A stretch of 63,991 nt of DNA, the filler included, from Lama guanicoe (lineage: Eukaryota): NCBI GenBank assembly GCA_013239625.1. It is 75 parts of 75 records of this genome, joined end to end, with 100 filler letters (N's around TTAATTAATTAA, not from the genome) between each part and the next. Parts side by side here need not be neighbours in the genome. Positions count along the whole stretch, not along the records: positions 38,429 to 39,369 come from MU055848.1; positions 39,470 to 40,164 come from MU055851.1; positions 40,265 to 40,972 come from PNXV01016777.1; positions 41,073 to 41,565 come from PNXV01016784.1; positions 41,666 to 42,830 come from MU055855.1; positions 42,931 to 43,834 come from MU055858.1; positions 43,935 to 44,938 come from MU055861.1; positions 45,039 to 45,817 come from PNXV01016842.1; 67 more parts are not named here. The stretch is one strand, 5' to 3'. Numbering within the stretch: the stretch's first letter is position 1; each line of letters opens with the position of its first letter. The position numbers were made by a program, and so were the translations under genes. The notes beneath the pieces are model-generated. The model saw nothing but the letters and a program-made list of their open reading frames with translations, did no database searches and was not told where the DNA came from. Of this stretch, positions 38,329-49,354 are shown piece after piece.

Positions 38329-38428
38329 NNNNNNNNNNNNNNNNNNNNNNNNNNNNNNNNNNNNNNNNNNNNTTAATTAATTAANNNNNNNNNNNNNNNN
38401 NNNNNNNNNNNNNNNNNNNNNNNNNNNN

Positions 38429-39369
38429 CTTGAAACTGGTGATAGGAGAAGCAATGAAGTCCAAGGAAATATTTCAAGGGGCATAAGTAACTTGTTTGGT
38501 GGTTGAAACATCTGTCATGCACATCCCACAGCTCGGAAATGCATGTTTGAGGAATCTGTGATGCATGAAACATGTTCGGAATACGGAATGCCATGGTTAT
38601 GTAAACAATGTAAATTACATGTGTATTGGTGACAATTCGCTCAAAGAGTGTTTTCTACTGCCAAATGTCCGATTTTAGAACCTGGTGATACAAAAAACTT
38701 ATGAAGTCAGAGTAAATATATCAAAGTGTAATATATGCCTTCTTTGGTGGATGAAAGTTCACTAATCCACATGCTCACATCTCAGAAACGCATGTTTCTC
38801 GAATCCGTCATGCATGTATCATGTACGGAACCCGGAATGCCATGTTGATGGAATTCATGTAAATTATATATCTATTAGGTTTAATACACTCCAGAAGTAT
38901 TCTTCTGTGAAAAAAGCACGAATTCCAAACTTGTGTTAGGAAAAGTTTGTGAAAATGTGTACACGAGTGTATATGAAATTATTCCTTTTATAGAGGATGA
39001 AAAATCAGTAATCCACATGCTCACAACTCAGGAATGCATGTTTGTCGAATCCGTCATGCATGTAACATGTANNNNNNNNNNNNNNNNNNNNNNNNNNNNN
39101 NNNNNNNNNNNNNNNNNNNNNNNNNNNNNNNNCGCTCCAAGAGGGTTTTTCTGGGATCAAAGTGTGATTCTTGAAACTGGTGATAGGAGAAGCAACGAAG
39201 TCCAAGGAAATATTTCAAAGTGCATAAGTAACTTGTTTGGTGGTTGAAACATCTCTCATGCGCATGTTCACAGCTCAGAAATGCAATTAGAGGAATTGGT
39301 GATGCATGAATCATGTTCGTAATACGGAATTCCATTGTTATGTAAACAATGTAAATTACATGTGTATTG
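38429..39369 (+). repeat. Satellite D, trimeric higher-order repeat (~741 bp)
   Basis: Monomer anchors at ~38540, 38789, 39035 and 39281. Near-identical tgaaactggtgataggagaagcaa at 38431 and 39172. Confidence 0.9.
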
Positions 39370-39469
39370 NNNNNNNNNNNNNNNNNNNNNNNNNNNNNNN
39401 NNNNNNNNNNNNNTTAATTAATTAANNNNNNNNNNNNNNNNNNNNNNNNNNNNNNNNNNNNNNNNNNNN

Positions 39470-40164
39470 TAAAAATAGAGTATTACATGTAAGTGTTTTC
39501 TTCTAATTGATGTAAAAGCAACTGCATAAAACAATATTTATGAAACTGTGTAGATATGCTTATAAATGCATAAAGGTGTAATTTGTATGACAGTGACAGC
39601 ATGAGGAGGGGGAGGGAAAAGACTGATACCCACGCAAAGTTTTTGTGTAATATTGAAATTAAGTTGGCATTCATGTGAACTAGATTGCTTTAAAACAAGA
39701 TGTTAATTATAATCTCCAGGGAAATGGAGGAGGAGGAGGAGGAAAAGAAGGAGGATGAGGAGAAGAAAAAGATAAAATAAACTACAAATTAAAGTGGCAC
39801 ACTTGAAAATGCCTACTTTGTAATAATAGAGGAATGGGAAAAGTAAAAGACATATAGAAATCAGATAGCAGATGTAACTTCAACCTGATAAGAAATTACA
39901 TTAATGTAAATGAATTAAACATTCTAATCAAAATACTAAAGGTAGAAATAAATGGAATAAAGAATAGATGAACAACAGAGAATAATCAACAAAAAGAAAA
40001 GTTGGTTCTTTGAAAAGATCAATAAAAATGACAAATTAGGAATATAAGGCCATGAATAATTTTATAGCCAATAAATGAGATAATCTAGATGAAATGGGTA
40101 AATTCCTAGAAGGACATAAATGACTGAAGCCAATTCAAGGAGAAATAGAAAACTCAAATCAAAT
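39470..40164 (+). mobile_element. Old L1M ORF1/ORF2 junction remnant with deletions
   Basis: acattaatgtaaatgaattaaac; gttggttctttgaaaagatcaataaaa; gataatctagatgaaatgggtaaattcctaga. Confidence 0.8.
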
Positions 40165-40264
40165 NNNNNNNNNNNNNNNNNNNNNNNNNNNNNNNNNNNN
40201 NNNNNNNNTTAATTAATTAANNNNNNNNNNNNNNNNNNNNNNNNNNNNNNNNNNNNNNNNNNNN

Positions 40265-40972
40265 CACAAATTAGCAAAATAAGGAAGGAGTATGGAAAAA
40301 TTACAACAAATAATAACCGAATATCATACAAAAATATTATTAATATTATATGGACATAAACTGGATAACCTACAGGAGATGGACAAATTTCTGGAAACAT
40401 ACTGTCCATCAAGACTGAATCAAGAAGAAACTGACCCCTTGAACAAGCAGTGCACTAGAAATGAAATCAAAATAGTAATGTAAAACCTCCCTACAAATAG
40501 CAGTCCAGGACCGCACGGATTCACTGAAGAATTCTACAAAACTTACAAAGAAGAACTCATACCATTCCTTCTCAAACACAGAAGATTGAAAAGGAAGGAA
40601 CACTCCCAAAGTCATTCTATGAAGCCACAATCACCCAGATACCACAACCAGGCAAAGACACTACCAAAAAAGGGGATTATAGGCCAATATCACTGATGAA
40701 ACCAGACGCCAATATCCTCACCAAAATAGTAGCAAATAGAATCCAACAACACAGATAAAAGATTATACTCCATGACCAATTGGGGATCATGCCAGGGACA
40801 CAGGGGTGGTTCAACATACAGAAATTAAGCAGTGTAATACATCATATCAACAAGAGAAAGGACCAAAATCACTTGATCCTCTCAATATAAGCAGGAAAAG
40901 CATTTGTTAAATTCAACACCCACATATGATAAAAAATCTCACCAAAGAAGGCATAGAGGGAACATATTTCAG
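40265..40972 (+). mobile_element. LINE-1 ORF2 fragment (Z domain to RT), disrupted
   Basis: KLDNLQEMDKFLETY...LNQEE; aggccaatatcactgatgaa (RPISLM); QGWFNI region. Confidence 0.95.
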
Positions 40973-41072
40973 NNNNNNNNNNNNNNNNNNNNNNNNNNNN
41001 NNNNNNNNNNNNNNNNTTAATTAATTAANNNNNNNNNNNNNNNNNNNNNNNNNNNNNNNNNNNNNNNNNNNN

Positions 41073-41565
41073 CTAGGGGTGGTTGCAGGAAATCCCAGTG
41101 ACAGAGGCTGCCTCCCCAGTTTCAGGGAAGTTTTTTCATTGACTTCCCCTAGCAGGGAACACCTGTGACTGAAGAGAGCTACGAGGAGTTGTCTCTCGTG
41201 CTCCCCCACTCAATGACAATGCTTCCGGAATCCTCAACGTGGGGAGGTCCCAAAAACGGTCGGCAGCGCGTGGGTTCTAACGGAATGCCTGTGCTCGCCT
41301 CCCCTGAGTATTTCCCTCATGTCTCTGTGCCAGGGAATGCTAGGTGGGGTTGCAGGAAATCCCAGTGACAGAGGCTGCCTCCCCAGTTTCAGGGAAGTTT
41401 TTTCATTGACTTCCCCTAGCAGGGAACACCTGTGACTGAAGAGAGCTGTGTGGGGATGTGTCTCGAGCTCCTGCACTCAATGACAATGGTTCCGGAATCC
41501 TCAACGTGGGGAGGTCCCAAAAACGGTCGGCAGCGCGTGGGTTCTAACGGAATGCCTGTGCTCGC
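41073..41565 (-). repeat. Satellite C: 267-bp GC/CpG-rich satellite (variant 1)
   Basis: ttccggaatcc at 41223 and 41490 (spacing 267). Confidence 0.95.
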
Positions 41566-41665
41566 NNNNNNNNNNNNNNNNNNNNNNNNNNNNNNNNNNN
41601 NNNNNNNNNTTAATTAATTAANNNNNNNNNNNNNNNNNNNNNNNNNNNNNNNNNNNNNNNNNNNN

Positions 41666-42830
41666 GAAATAACTTCCCTGACCTTTCGGAAACAGCCTCT
41701 GTCACTGGGAATTCAGGCAAAACCCCCCTAGCATTCCCTGGCACAGAGATATTAGGAAAACCCTCAGGGGAGATGAGCTTAGGCAGTCCGATAGAACCCT
41801 CGCGCTGCCGACCGTTGGTGGTACCTCCGCACGCTCAGGATTCCGGAACCATTGTCAGTGCGTGGGGGAGCTCGAGAGACAACTCCACGCAGCTCTCTTC
41901 AGTCACAGGTGTTCCCTGTCCGGGGAAGTCCGAGAAATACCTTCCTTGACCTTGGGGAGGCTACCTCTGTCACTGGGACTTCCTGCAAACACCCCTAGCA
42001 TTCCCTGGCAAAGAGACATTAGGAAAACCCTCAGGGGAGATGAGCTTAGGCAGTCCGATAGAACCCTCGCGCTGCCGACCGTTGGTGGTACCTCCGCACG
42101 CTCAGGATTCCGGAACCATTGTCAGTGCGTGGGGGAGCTCGAGAGACAACTCCACGCAGCTCTCTTCAGTCACAGGCGTTACCTGTTCGGGGAAGTCCGA
42201 GAAATACCTTCCCTGAACTTGGGGAGGCAGCTTCTGTCCCTGGGAATTCCTGCAAACCCACCTAGCATTCCCTGGCATATAGACATTAGGAAAACCCTCA
42301 GGGGAGACGAGCTTTGGCATTCCGTTTGAACCCACGCTCTGCCGACCATTAGTGGAACCTTCCCACGCTCAGGATTCCGGAACCATTGTCAGTGCGTGGG
42401 GGAACCCGAGAGACAACTCCACGCAGCTCTCTTCAGTCACAGGTATTCCCTGTTCGGGTAAGTCTTNNNNNNNNNNNNNNNNNNNNNNNNNNNNNNNNNN
42501 NNNNNNNNNNNNNNNNNNNNNNNNNNNNNNNNNNNNNNNNNNNNNNNNNNNNNNNNNNNNNNNNNNNNNNNNNNNNNNNNNNNNNNNNNNNNNNNNNNNN
42601 NNNNNNNNNNNNNNNNNNNNNNNNNNNNNNNNNNNNNNNNNNNNNNNNNNNNNNNNNNNNNNNNNNNCCCAGGTGTTCCCTGTTCGGGGAAGTCCGAGAA
42701 ATACCTTCCCTGACCTTGGGGAGGCAGGCTCTGTCACTGGGATTTCCAGCAAACCCCCCTAGCATTCCCCGGCACAGAGATATTAGGAAATCCCTCAGGT
42801 GAGACGAGCTTAGGCATTCCGTTAGATCCC
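41666..42830 (+). repeat. Satellite C (267 bp)
   Basis: ttccggaacc at 41841, 42108 and 42375. Confidence 0.97.
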
Positions 42831-42930
42831 NNNNNNNNNNNNNNNNNNNNNNNNNNNNNNNNNNNNNNNNNNNNTTAATTAATTAANNNNNNNNNNNNNN
42901 NNNNNNNNNNNNNNNNNNNNNNNNNNNNNN

Positions 42931-44938
42931 TACTTTCTAAATTCTGGATACTATATTCAGTATTCTGTATTCTATATTCTAAAATCTGTGTTCTGCGTTC
43001 AATGCTCTAAATGCTGGTTTCTATATTCTCTATCCTATATTCGATATTCTGTGTACTACATTCTATTTTCTAAATTGTATATTCAGTATTCTGTATTCTA
43101 TAAATTAATTCCTCAGTTCTGCATTCCTTTTTCTATATTCTGTGTTCTATATTCTGTATTCTATATTCAAAATTCTGTGTTCCTCATTCTATATTCTAAA
43201 TTCTATATTCTGCATTCGGTATTCTATATTCTAAACTCTGTGTTCTACATTGAATAATCTGAATTCTGTGTTAAGCATAACATGTTCTAAATTCTGGGTT
43301 CAATATTCTCTATTCTNNNNNNNNNNNNNNNNNNNNNNNNNNNNNNNNNNNNNNNNNNNNNNNNNNNNNNNNNNNNNNNNNNNNNNNNNNNNNNNNNNNN
43401 NNNNNNNNNNNNNNNNNNNNNNNNNNNNNNNNNNNNNNNNNNNNNNNNNNNNNNNNNNNNNNNNNNNNNNNNNNNNNNNNNNNNNNNNNNNNNNNNNNNN
43501 NNNNNNNNNNNNNNNNNNNNNNNCTACATTCAGTATTTTGTATTCTATATTCTAAATCCTGTGTTCTGCATTTCATGTTCTAAATTCTGTATTCTCTATT
43601 CTATATTCTATATTCTGTGTTCTACATTCTATTCTAAATTCTATATTCAGTATTCTGTATTCTATAGTCTTAAATATGTGTTCTAAATTCCATGTTTAAA
43701 TTTGAGTTCTTAATCTCAATTCTATTTACTAAATTTTGTGTTCTTCATTCTTTATTCTACATTCTATTTTCTACATTTCAATTTTTATATTCTATATTTT
43801 GTGTTCTACATTCTATATTATAAATTCTATATTCNNNNNNNNNNNNNNNNNNNNNNNNNNNNNNNNNNNNNNNNNNNNTTAATTAATTAANNNNNNNNNN
43901 NNNNNNNNNNNNNNNNNNNNNNNNNNNNNNNNNNTATAGAATGTAGAACACAAAATATAGAATATAGAATTGAGAATATAGAACTCAGAATTTAGAACAT
44001 TGAATGCAGAAAACATAGTTTAGATTATAGAATACAGAATACTGAATATAGAATTTCGAATATAAAATGTAAAACACAGAATATAGAATATAGTATACGG
44101 AATGCAGAATATAGAATGTGGAAAATACAATGAATAAAACAGAATATACAATATAGAAAGAGAATATAGAACCCAGAATTAAGATCATGGAATGCAGAAC
44201 ACAGAATTTAGAATATAGAATACAGAATAGAGACTATAGAATTTAGAATATAGACTGAAGAACACATAATATAGTATATAGAATACGAAATGCAGACTAT
44301 ACTATGTAGAATATAGAATGAAAAACACACAATATAGAATAGATTAGAGAATATAGAACACAGAATTTAGAACATGGAATGAAGAATACAGAGTTTAGGT
44401 TATAGAATACAGAATACTGAATATAGAATTTCGAATATANNNNNNNNNNNNNNNNNNNNNNNNNNNNNNNNNNNNNNNNNNNNNNNNNNNNNNNNNNNNN
44501 NNNNNNNNNNNNNNNNNNNNNNNNNNNNNNNNNNNNNNNNNNNNNNNNNNNNNNNNNNNNNNNNNNNNNNNNNNNNNNNNNNNNNNNNNNNNNNNNNNNN
44601 NNNNNNNNNNNNNNNNNNNNNNNNNNNNNNNNNNNNNNNNNNNNNNNNNNNNNNNNNNNNNNNNNNNNNNNNNNNNNNNNNNNNNNNNNNNNNNNNNNNN
44701 NNNNNNNNNNNNNNNNNNNNNNNNNNNNNNNNNNNNNNNNNNNNNNNNNNNNNNNNNNNNNNNNNNNNNNNNNNNNNNNNNNNNNNNNNNNNNNNNNNNN
44801 NNNNNNNNNNNNNNNNNNNNNNNNNNNNNNNNNNNNNNNNNNNNNNNNNNNNNNNNNNNNNNNNNNNNNNAATCCTGAATATAGAATTAAGAATATAGAA
44901 TGTAATACACAGAATATAGAATATAGTATACGGAATTC
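42931..44938. repeat. Satellite A (two scaffolds, 42931-43834 and 43935-44938, opposite orientations)
   Basis: tattcta / tagaata heptamers. Confidence 0.94.
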
Positions 44939-45038
44939 NNNNNNNNNNNNNNNNNNNNNNNNNNNNNNNNNNNNNNNNNNNNTTAATTAATTAANNNNNN
45001 NNNNNNNNNNNNNNNNNNNNNNNNNNNNNNNNNNNNNN

Positions 45039-45817
45039 ACCATCCTGTGGATGGCACCTTTGACCTCCTTATTTCTCAAACTGTAGATAAGTGGCTTCAA
45101 CATGGGGATGACTGCAGTGTAAAACACCGACACCACTTCATTGAGATCCAGGGAGAAAACTGCACTAGGCCGCACACAAATGAAGAAGTGAGTACCATAC
45201 AGGATGGAGATGGCCATCAGGTGAGACGGCAGTTGGAAAAGGCTTTGTGCCTCCCCTCGGCAGAGAGGAGCTTCAGGATGACATTGAGAATGCAGACATA
45301 GGAGACCACATAGGAGACCAGGATGGTCAGGCTGCTGAAGACTCCCACAGCTCCTGCCACCACAAAGACGACTAACTTGTTGAGCCTGGTGTCAGTGCAC
45401 ATGAGGGAAAGCAGGGGGGACATATCACAGAAGAAATAATTGATGACATTGAGGCCACAAAAAGGGCGGTAAAATGCATTTGTTGTGTGCATCATAGTGT
45501 TTATGAACCCGATGGCATAGGGACCAGCCACCAGCTGGATACAGAGTCTCCGGGACATGGCAACTGAATACAATAATGGGTTGCAGATGGCGACATAGAG
45601 GTCATAGGCCATGGATGCCAGGAGAAAACACTCTGCCACCCCCAAAGAACCCAAAGGACCACTGCTGCAAAGCACAGCCCAGGAAAGAGATGGCTTTCCT
45701 CTTCACAAAGAAGTCAGCGAGCATCTTGGGGCTCATGGCTGAGGAGAAGCACATGCCCACAAAGGACAGGTGGCTAAGGAAAAAGTACATGGGCGTGTGA
45801 AGGCAGGCATCGATCTG
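45039..45817 (-). pseudogene. Olfactory receptor pseudogene, family 5 (OR5G-like); both ends cut by scaffold limits
   Basis: Motifs [30 protein letters not shown](L)[39 protein letters not shown] spread over three ORFs. Frameshifts at ~45645 and ~45225, a 12-bp duplication, and DRY>DLY. Confidence 0.93.
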
Positions 45818-45917
45818 NNNNNNNNNNNNNNNNNNNNNNNNNNNNNNNNNNNNNNNNNNNNTTAATTAATTAANNNNNNNNNNNNNNNNNNNNNNNNNNN
45901 NNNNNNNNNNNNNNNNN

Positions 45918-47367
45918 GGAATGCTAGGGGGGATTGCAGGAATTCCCAGGGACAGAGGCTGAATCCTCAAGGTCAGGGAAGTTATTTCTCGGACTTCCCC
46001 GAACAAGGAACACCTGGGACTGAAGAGAGCTGCGTGGAGATGTCTCTCGAGCTCCCCCACGCACTGACAATGGTTCCGGAATCCTGAGCGTGGGGAGGTT
46101 CCACCAACGGTCGGCAGCGCGTGGGTTCTAACGGAATGCCTAAGCTCGTCTCCCCTGAGGGTTTTCCTAATGTCTCTGTGCCAGGGAATGCTAGGGGTGT
46201 TTGCAGGTATTCCCAGGGACTGAGGCTGCCTCCCCAAAGTCAGGGAATCTTTTTCTCGGACTTCCCCAGACAGGGAACACCTGTCACTGAAGAGAGCTGC
46301 GTGGAGATGTCTCTCGAGCTCCCCCACGCACTGACAATGGTTCCGGAATCCTGAGCGTGGGGAGGTTCCACCAACGGTCGGCAGCGCGTGCGTTCTAACG
46401 GAATGGCTAAGCTCGTCTCCCCTTAGGGTTTTCCTAATCTCTCTGTGCCAGGGAATGCTAGGGGTGTTTGCAGGTATTCCCAGGGACTGAGGCTGCCTCC
46501 CCAAAGTCAGGGAATCTTTTTCTCGGACTTCCCCAGACAGGGAACACCTGTCACTGAAGAGAGCTGCGTGGAGTTGTCTCTCGAGGTCCCCCACTCACTG
46601 AAAATGGTTCCAGAATCCTGAGCGAGGGGAGGATCCACCAACGGTCGGCAGCGCGTGCGTTCTAACGGAATGGCTAAGCTCGTCTCCCCTTAGGGTTTTC
46701 CTAATCTCTCTGTGCCAGGGAATGCTAGGGGGGTTTGCAGGAAATTTCAGGGANNNNNNNNNNNNNNNNNNNNNNNNNNNNNNNNNNNNNNNNNNNNNNN
46801 NNNNNNNNNNNNNNNNNNNNNNNNNNNNNNNNNNNNNNNNNNNNNNNNNNNNNNNNNNNNNNNNNNNNNNNNNNNNNNNNNNNNNNNNNNNNNNNNNNNN
46901 NNNNNNNNNNNNNNNNNNNNNNNNNNNNNNNNNNNNNNNNNNNNNNNNNNNNNNNNNNNNNNNNNNNNNNNNNNNNNNNNNNNNNNNNNNNNNNNNNNNN
47001 NNNNNNNNNNNNNNNNNNNNNNNNNNNNNNNNNNNNNNNNNNNNNNNNNNNNNNNNNNNNNNNNNNNNNNNNNNNNNNNNNNNNNNNNNNNNNNNNNNNN
47101 NNNNNNNNNNNNNNNNNNNNNNNNNNNNNNNNNNNNNNNNNNNNNNNNNNNNNNNNNNNNNNNNNNNNNNNNNNNNNNNNNNNNNNNNNNNNNNNNNNNN
47201 NNNNNNNNNNNNNNNNNNNNNNNNNNNNNNNNNNNNNNNNNNNNNNNNNNNNNNNNNNNNNNNNNNNNNNNNNNNNNNNNNNNNNNNNNNNNNNTCCCAG
47301 TGACAGAAGCTGCCTCCACAAGTCAGGGAAGGTATTTCTCGGTCTTCCCCGAACAGGAAACACCTGT
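45918..47367 (-). repeat. Satellite C (267 bp), with gap
   Basis: About 3 near-identical monomers in 45918-46753, seen as an 89-aa period in the minus-strand ORF. Confidence 0.97.
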
Positions 47368-47467
47368 NNNNNNNNNNNNNNNNNNNNNNNNNNNNNNNNN
47401 NNNNNNNNNNNTTAATTAATTAANNNNNNNNNNNNNNNNNNNNNNNNNNNNNNNNNNNNNNNNNNNN

Positions 47468-48427
47468 CTGCAGGAAAGTCTAAGCAGCTCTAGGAAACAT
47501 AATGAGAAACAAGAGTGAGTGTTATAACTGACACACATTCACTTAATGATACACAGACGAACGACACTACACATGCTCAAATATGACAGAGAAGTGTGTG
47601 TGAAAACCAACAATCACCAAGCATTTTGGGAACACAAAGATTCTTTTCATTTNNNNNNNNNNNNNNNNNNNNNNNNNNNNNNNNNNNNNNNNNNNNNNNN
47701 NNNNNNNNNNNNNNNNNNNNNNNNNNNNNNNNNNNNNNNNNNNNNNNNNNNNNNNNNNNNNNNNNNNNNNNNNNNNNNNNNNNNNNNNNNNNNNNNNNNN
47801 NNNNNNNNNNNNNNNNNNNNNNNNNNNNNNNNNNNNNNNNNNNNNNNNNNNNNNNNNNNNNNNNNNNNNNNNNNNNNNNNNNNNNNNNNNNNNNNNNNNN
47901 CAGAACTGAGCATGTGGAGAGACGTTCGCTCTGAAAGAACAAGGAAATGGGTTAGGAGAAACACTTACTCTGGTTTCTTAGTCTGTTTCCTAGTGCCAGT
48001 TAGAAATACCTGAACATTTCACAGTAAACCAGAGTTGGAACATGTACTTCCCCATAAATAGATATGCAGTGGAGTTTGCAACTGAAAATGAATATTGCGT
48101 TCCCAACAAGCTAGGTGAAGGACCGCCTACACACATTATCTCTCAGAAATGGGCACGTGGATAGACGTTAATTCATCAAGCACCAAGGGAAAGGGTTGCA
48201 GGAGAGACACATACTCAGGTTTCTCAGTCAGTTTCCTACTGCCGTTTATAAGTTCCTGCAATATACAGTGTAAAAAAGGGTTAGAGATTGTACCTAGCAA
48301 TAAATATGTATGCAGTGGGGTTTGATAGTGAAAAGACACCCTGTGTTTCCAACAAGCTGGATGAAGGATGAGTTTCAAATACACTTATCTCTCAGAATTG
48401 AGTATGTGGAGAGATGTTCGTTCATCT
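47468..48427. repeat. Diverged satellite B, opposite orientations on either side of the gap
   Basis: 47468-47652 matches the + monomer (acatgctca...gtgtgtgtgaaa...gggaacacaaag). 47901-48427 matches its reverse complement (ctgagcatgtggagagacgttcg). Confidence 0.85.
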
Positions 48428-48527
48428 NNNNNNNNNNNNNNNNNNNNNNNNNNNNNNNNNNNNNNNNNNNNTTAATTAATTAANNNNNNNNNNNNNNNNN
48501 NNNNNNNNNNNNNNNNNNNNNNNNNNN

Positions 48528-49354
48528 AGTTACGTGACAAACAACTCGATGACCTTAAAGAAATAGAAAATTTCTTGAATCATACAACCTGCCAAAACTG
48601 AATAAAGAGAAAACAGAAAACTTGAAAAGAGCAATCAGTATAAGTTAAATAAAATCTATAACTTTAAAAACACCCCTTGAACAAAATGCCTGGATGCCCT
48701 CACTAAAATCTCTTTCCTCCCAACTATTTCAAAAAATGAAGGAGGAAGGAAAATTCCCAAAGTTATTCTNNNNNNNNNNNNNNNNNNNNNNNNNNNNNNN
48801 NNNNNNNNNNNNNNNNNNNNNNNNNNNNNNNNNNNNNNNNNNNNNNNNNNNNNNNNNNNNNNNNNNNNNNNNNNNNNNNNNNNNNNNNNNNNNNNNNNNN
48901 NNNNNNNNNNNNNNNNNNNNNNNNNNNNNNNNNNNNNNNNNNNNNNNNNNNNNNNNNNNNNNNNNNNNNNNNNNNNNNNNNNNNNNNNNNNNNNNNNNNN
49001 NNNNNNNNNNNNNNNNNNNNNNNNNNNNNNNNNNNNNNNNNNNNNNNNNNNNNNNNNNNNNNNNNNNNNNNNNNNNNNNNNNNNNNNNNNNNNNNNNNNN
49101 NNNNNNNNNNNNNNNNNNNNNNNNNNNNNNNNNNNNNNNNNNNNNNNNNNNNNNNNNNNNNNNNNNNNNNNNNNNNNNNNNNNNNNNNNNNNNNNNNNNN
49201 NNNNNNNNNNNNNNNNNNNNNNNNNNNNNNNNNNNNNNNAGGAAAAGGAGAAGAAGTAAAGAAAGGCAAAATGGAAAGAAAGAGACAAAATGGACACCAT
49301 TAATAATGACATAACAATCTACATAGAGTCCTAAGGGCTCTACACAGACTATTA
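48528..49354 (+). mobile_element. Old LINE-1 ORF2 fragments with gap
   Basis: catacaacctgccaaaactgaat and gaggaaggaaaattcccaaag; the right piece is paralogous to 16960-17080. Confidence 0.8.

Noticed and set aside
42186..42202. CENP-B-box-like ttcggggaagtccgag in satellite C
   Set aside because: Only 7 of the 9 essential positions (TTCG....A..CGGG) match, and the site is not conserved among monomers.
45866..46594. 242-aa ORF with 89-aa repeats
   Set aside because: 267 bp is divisible by 3, so the satellite C monomer reads through. Other copies have stops or frameshifts and there is no gene structure.
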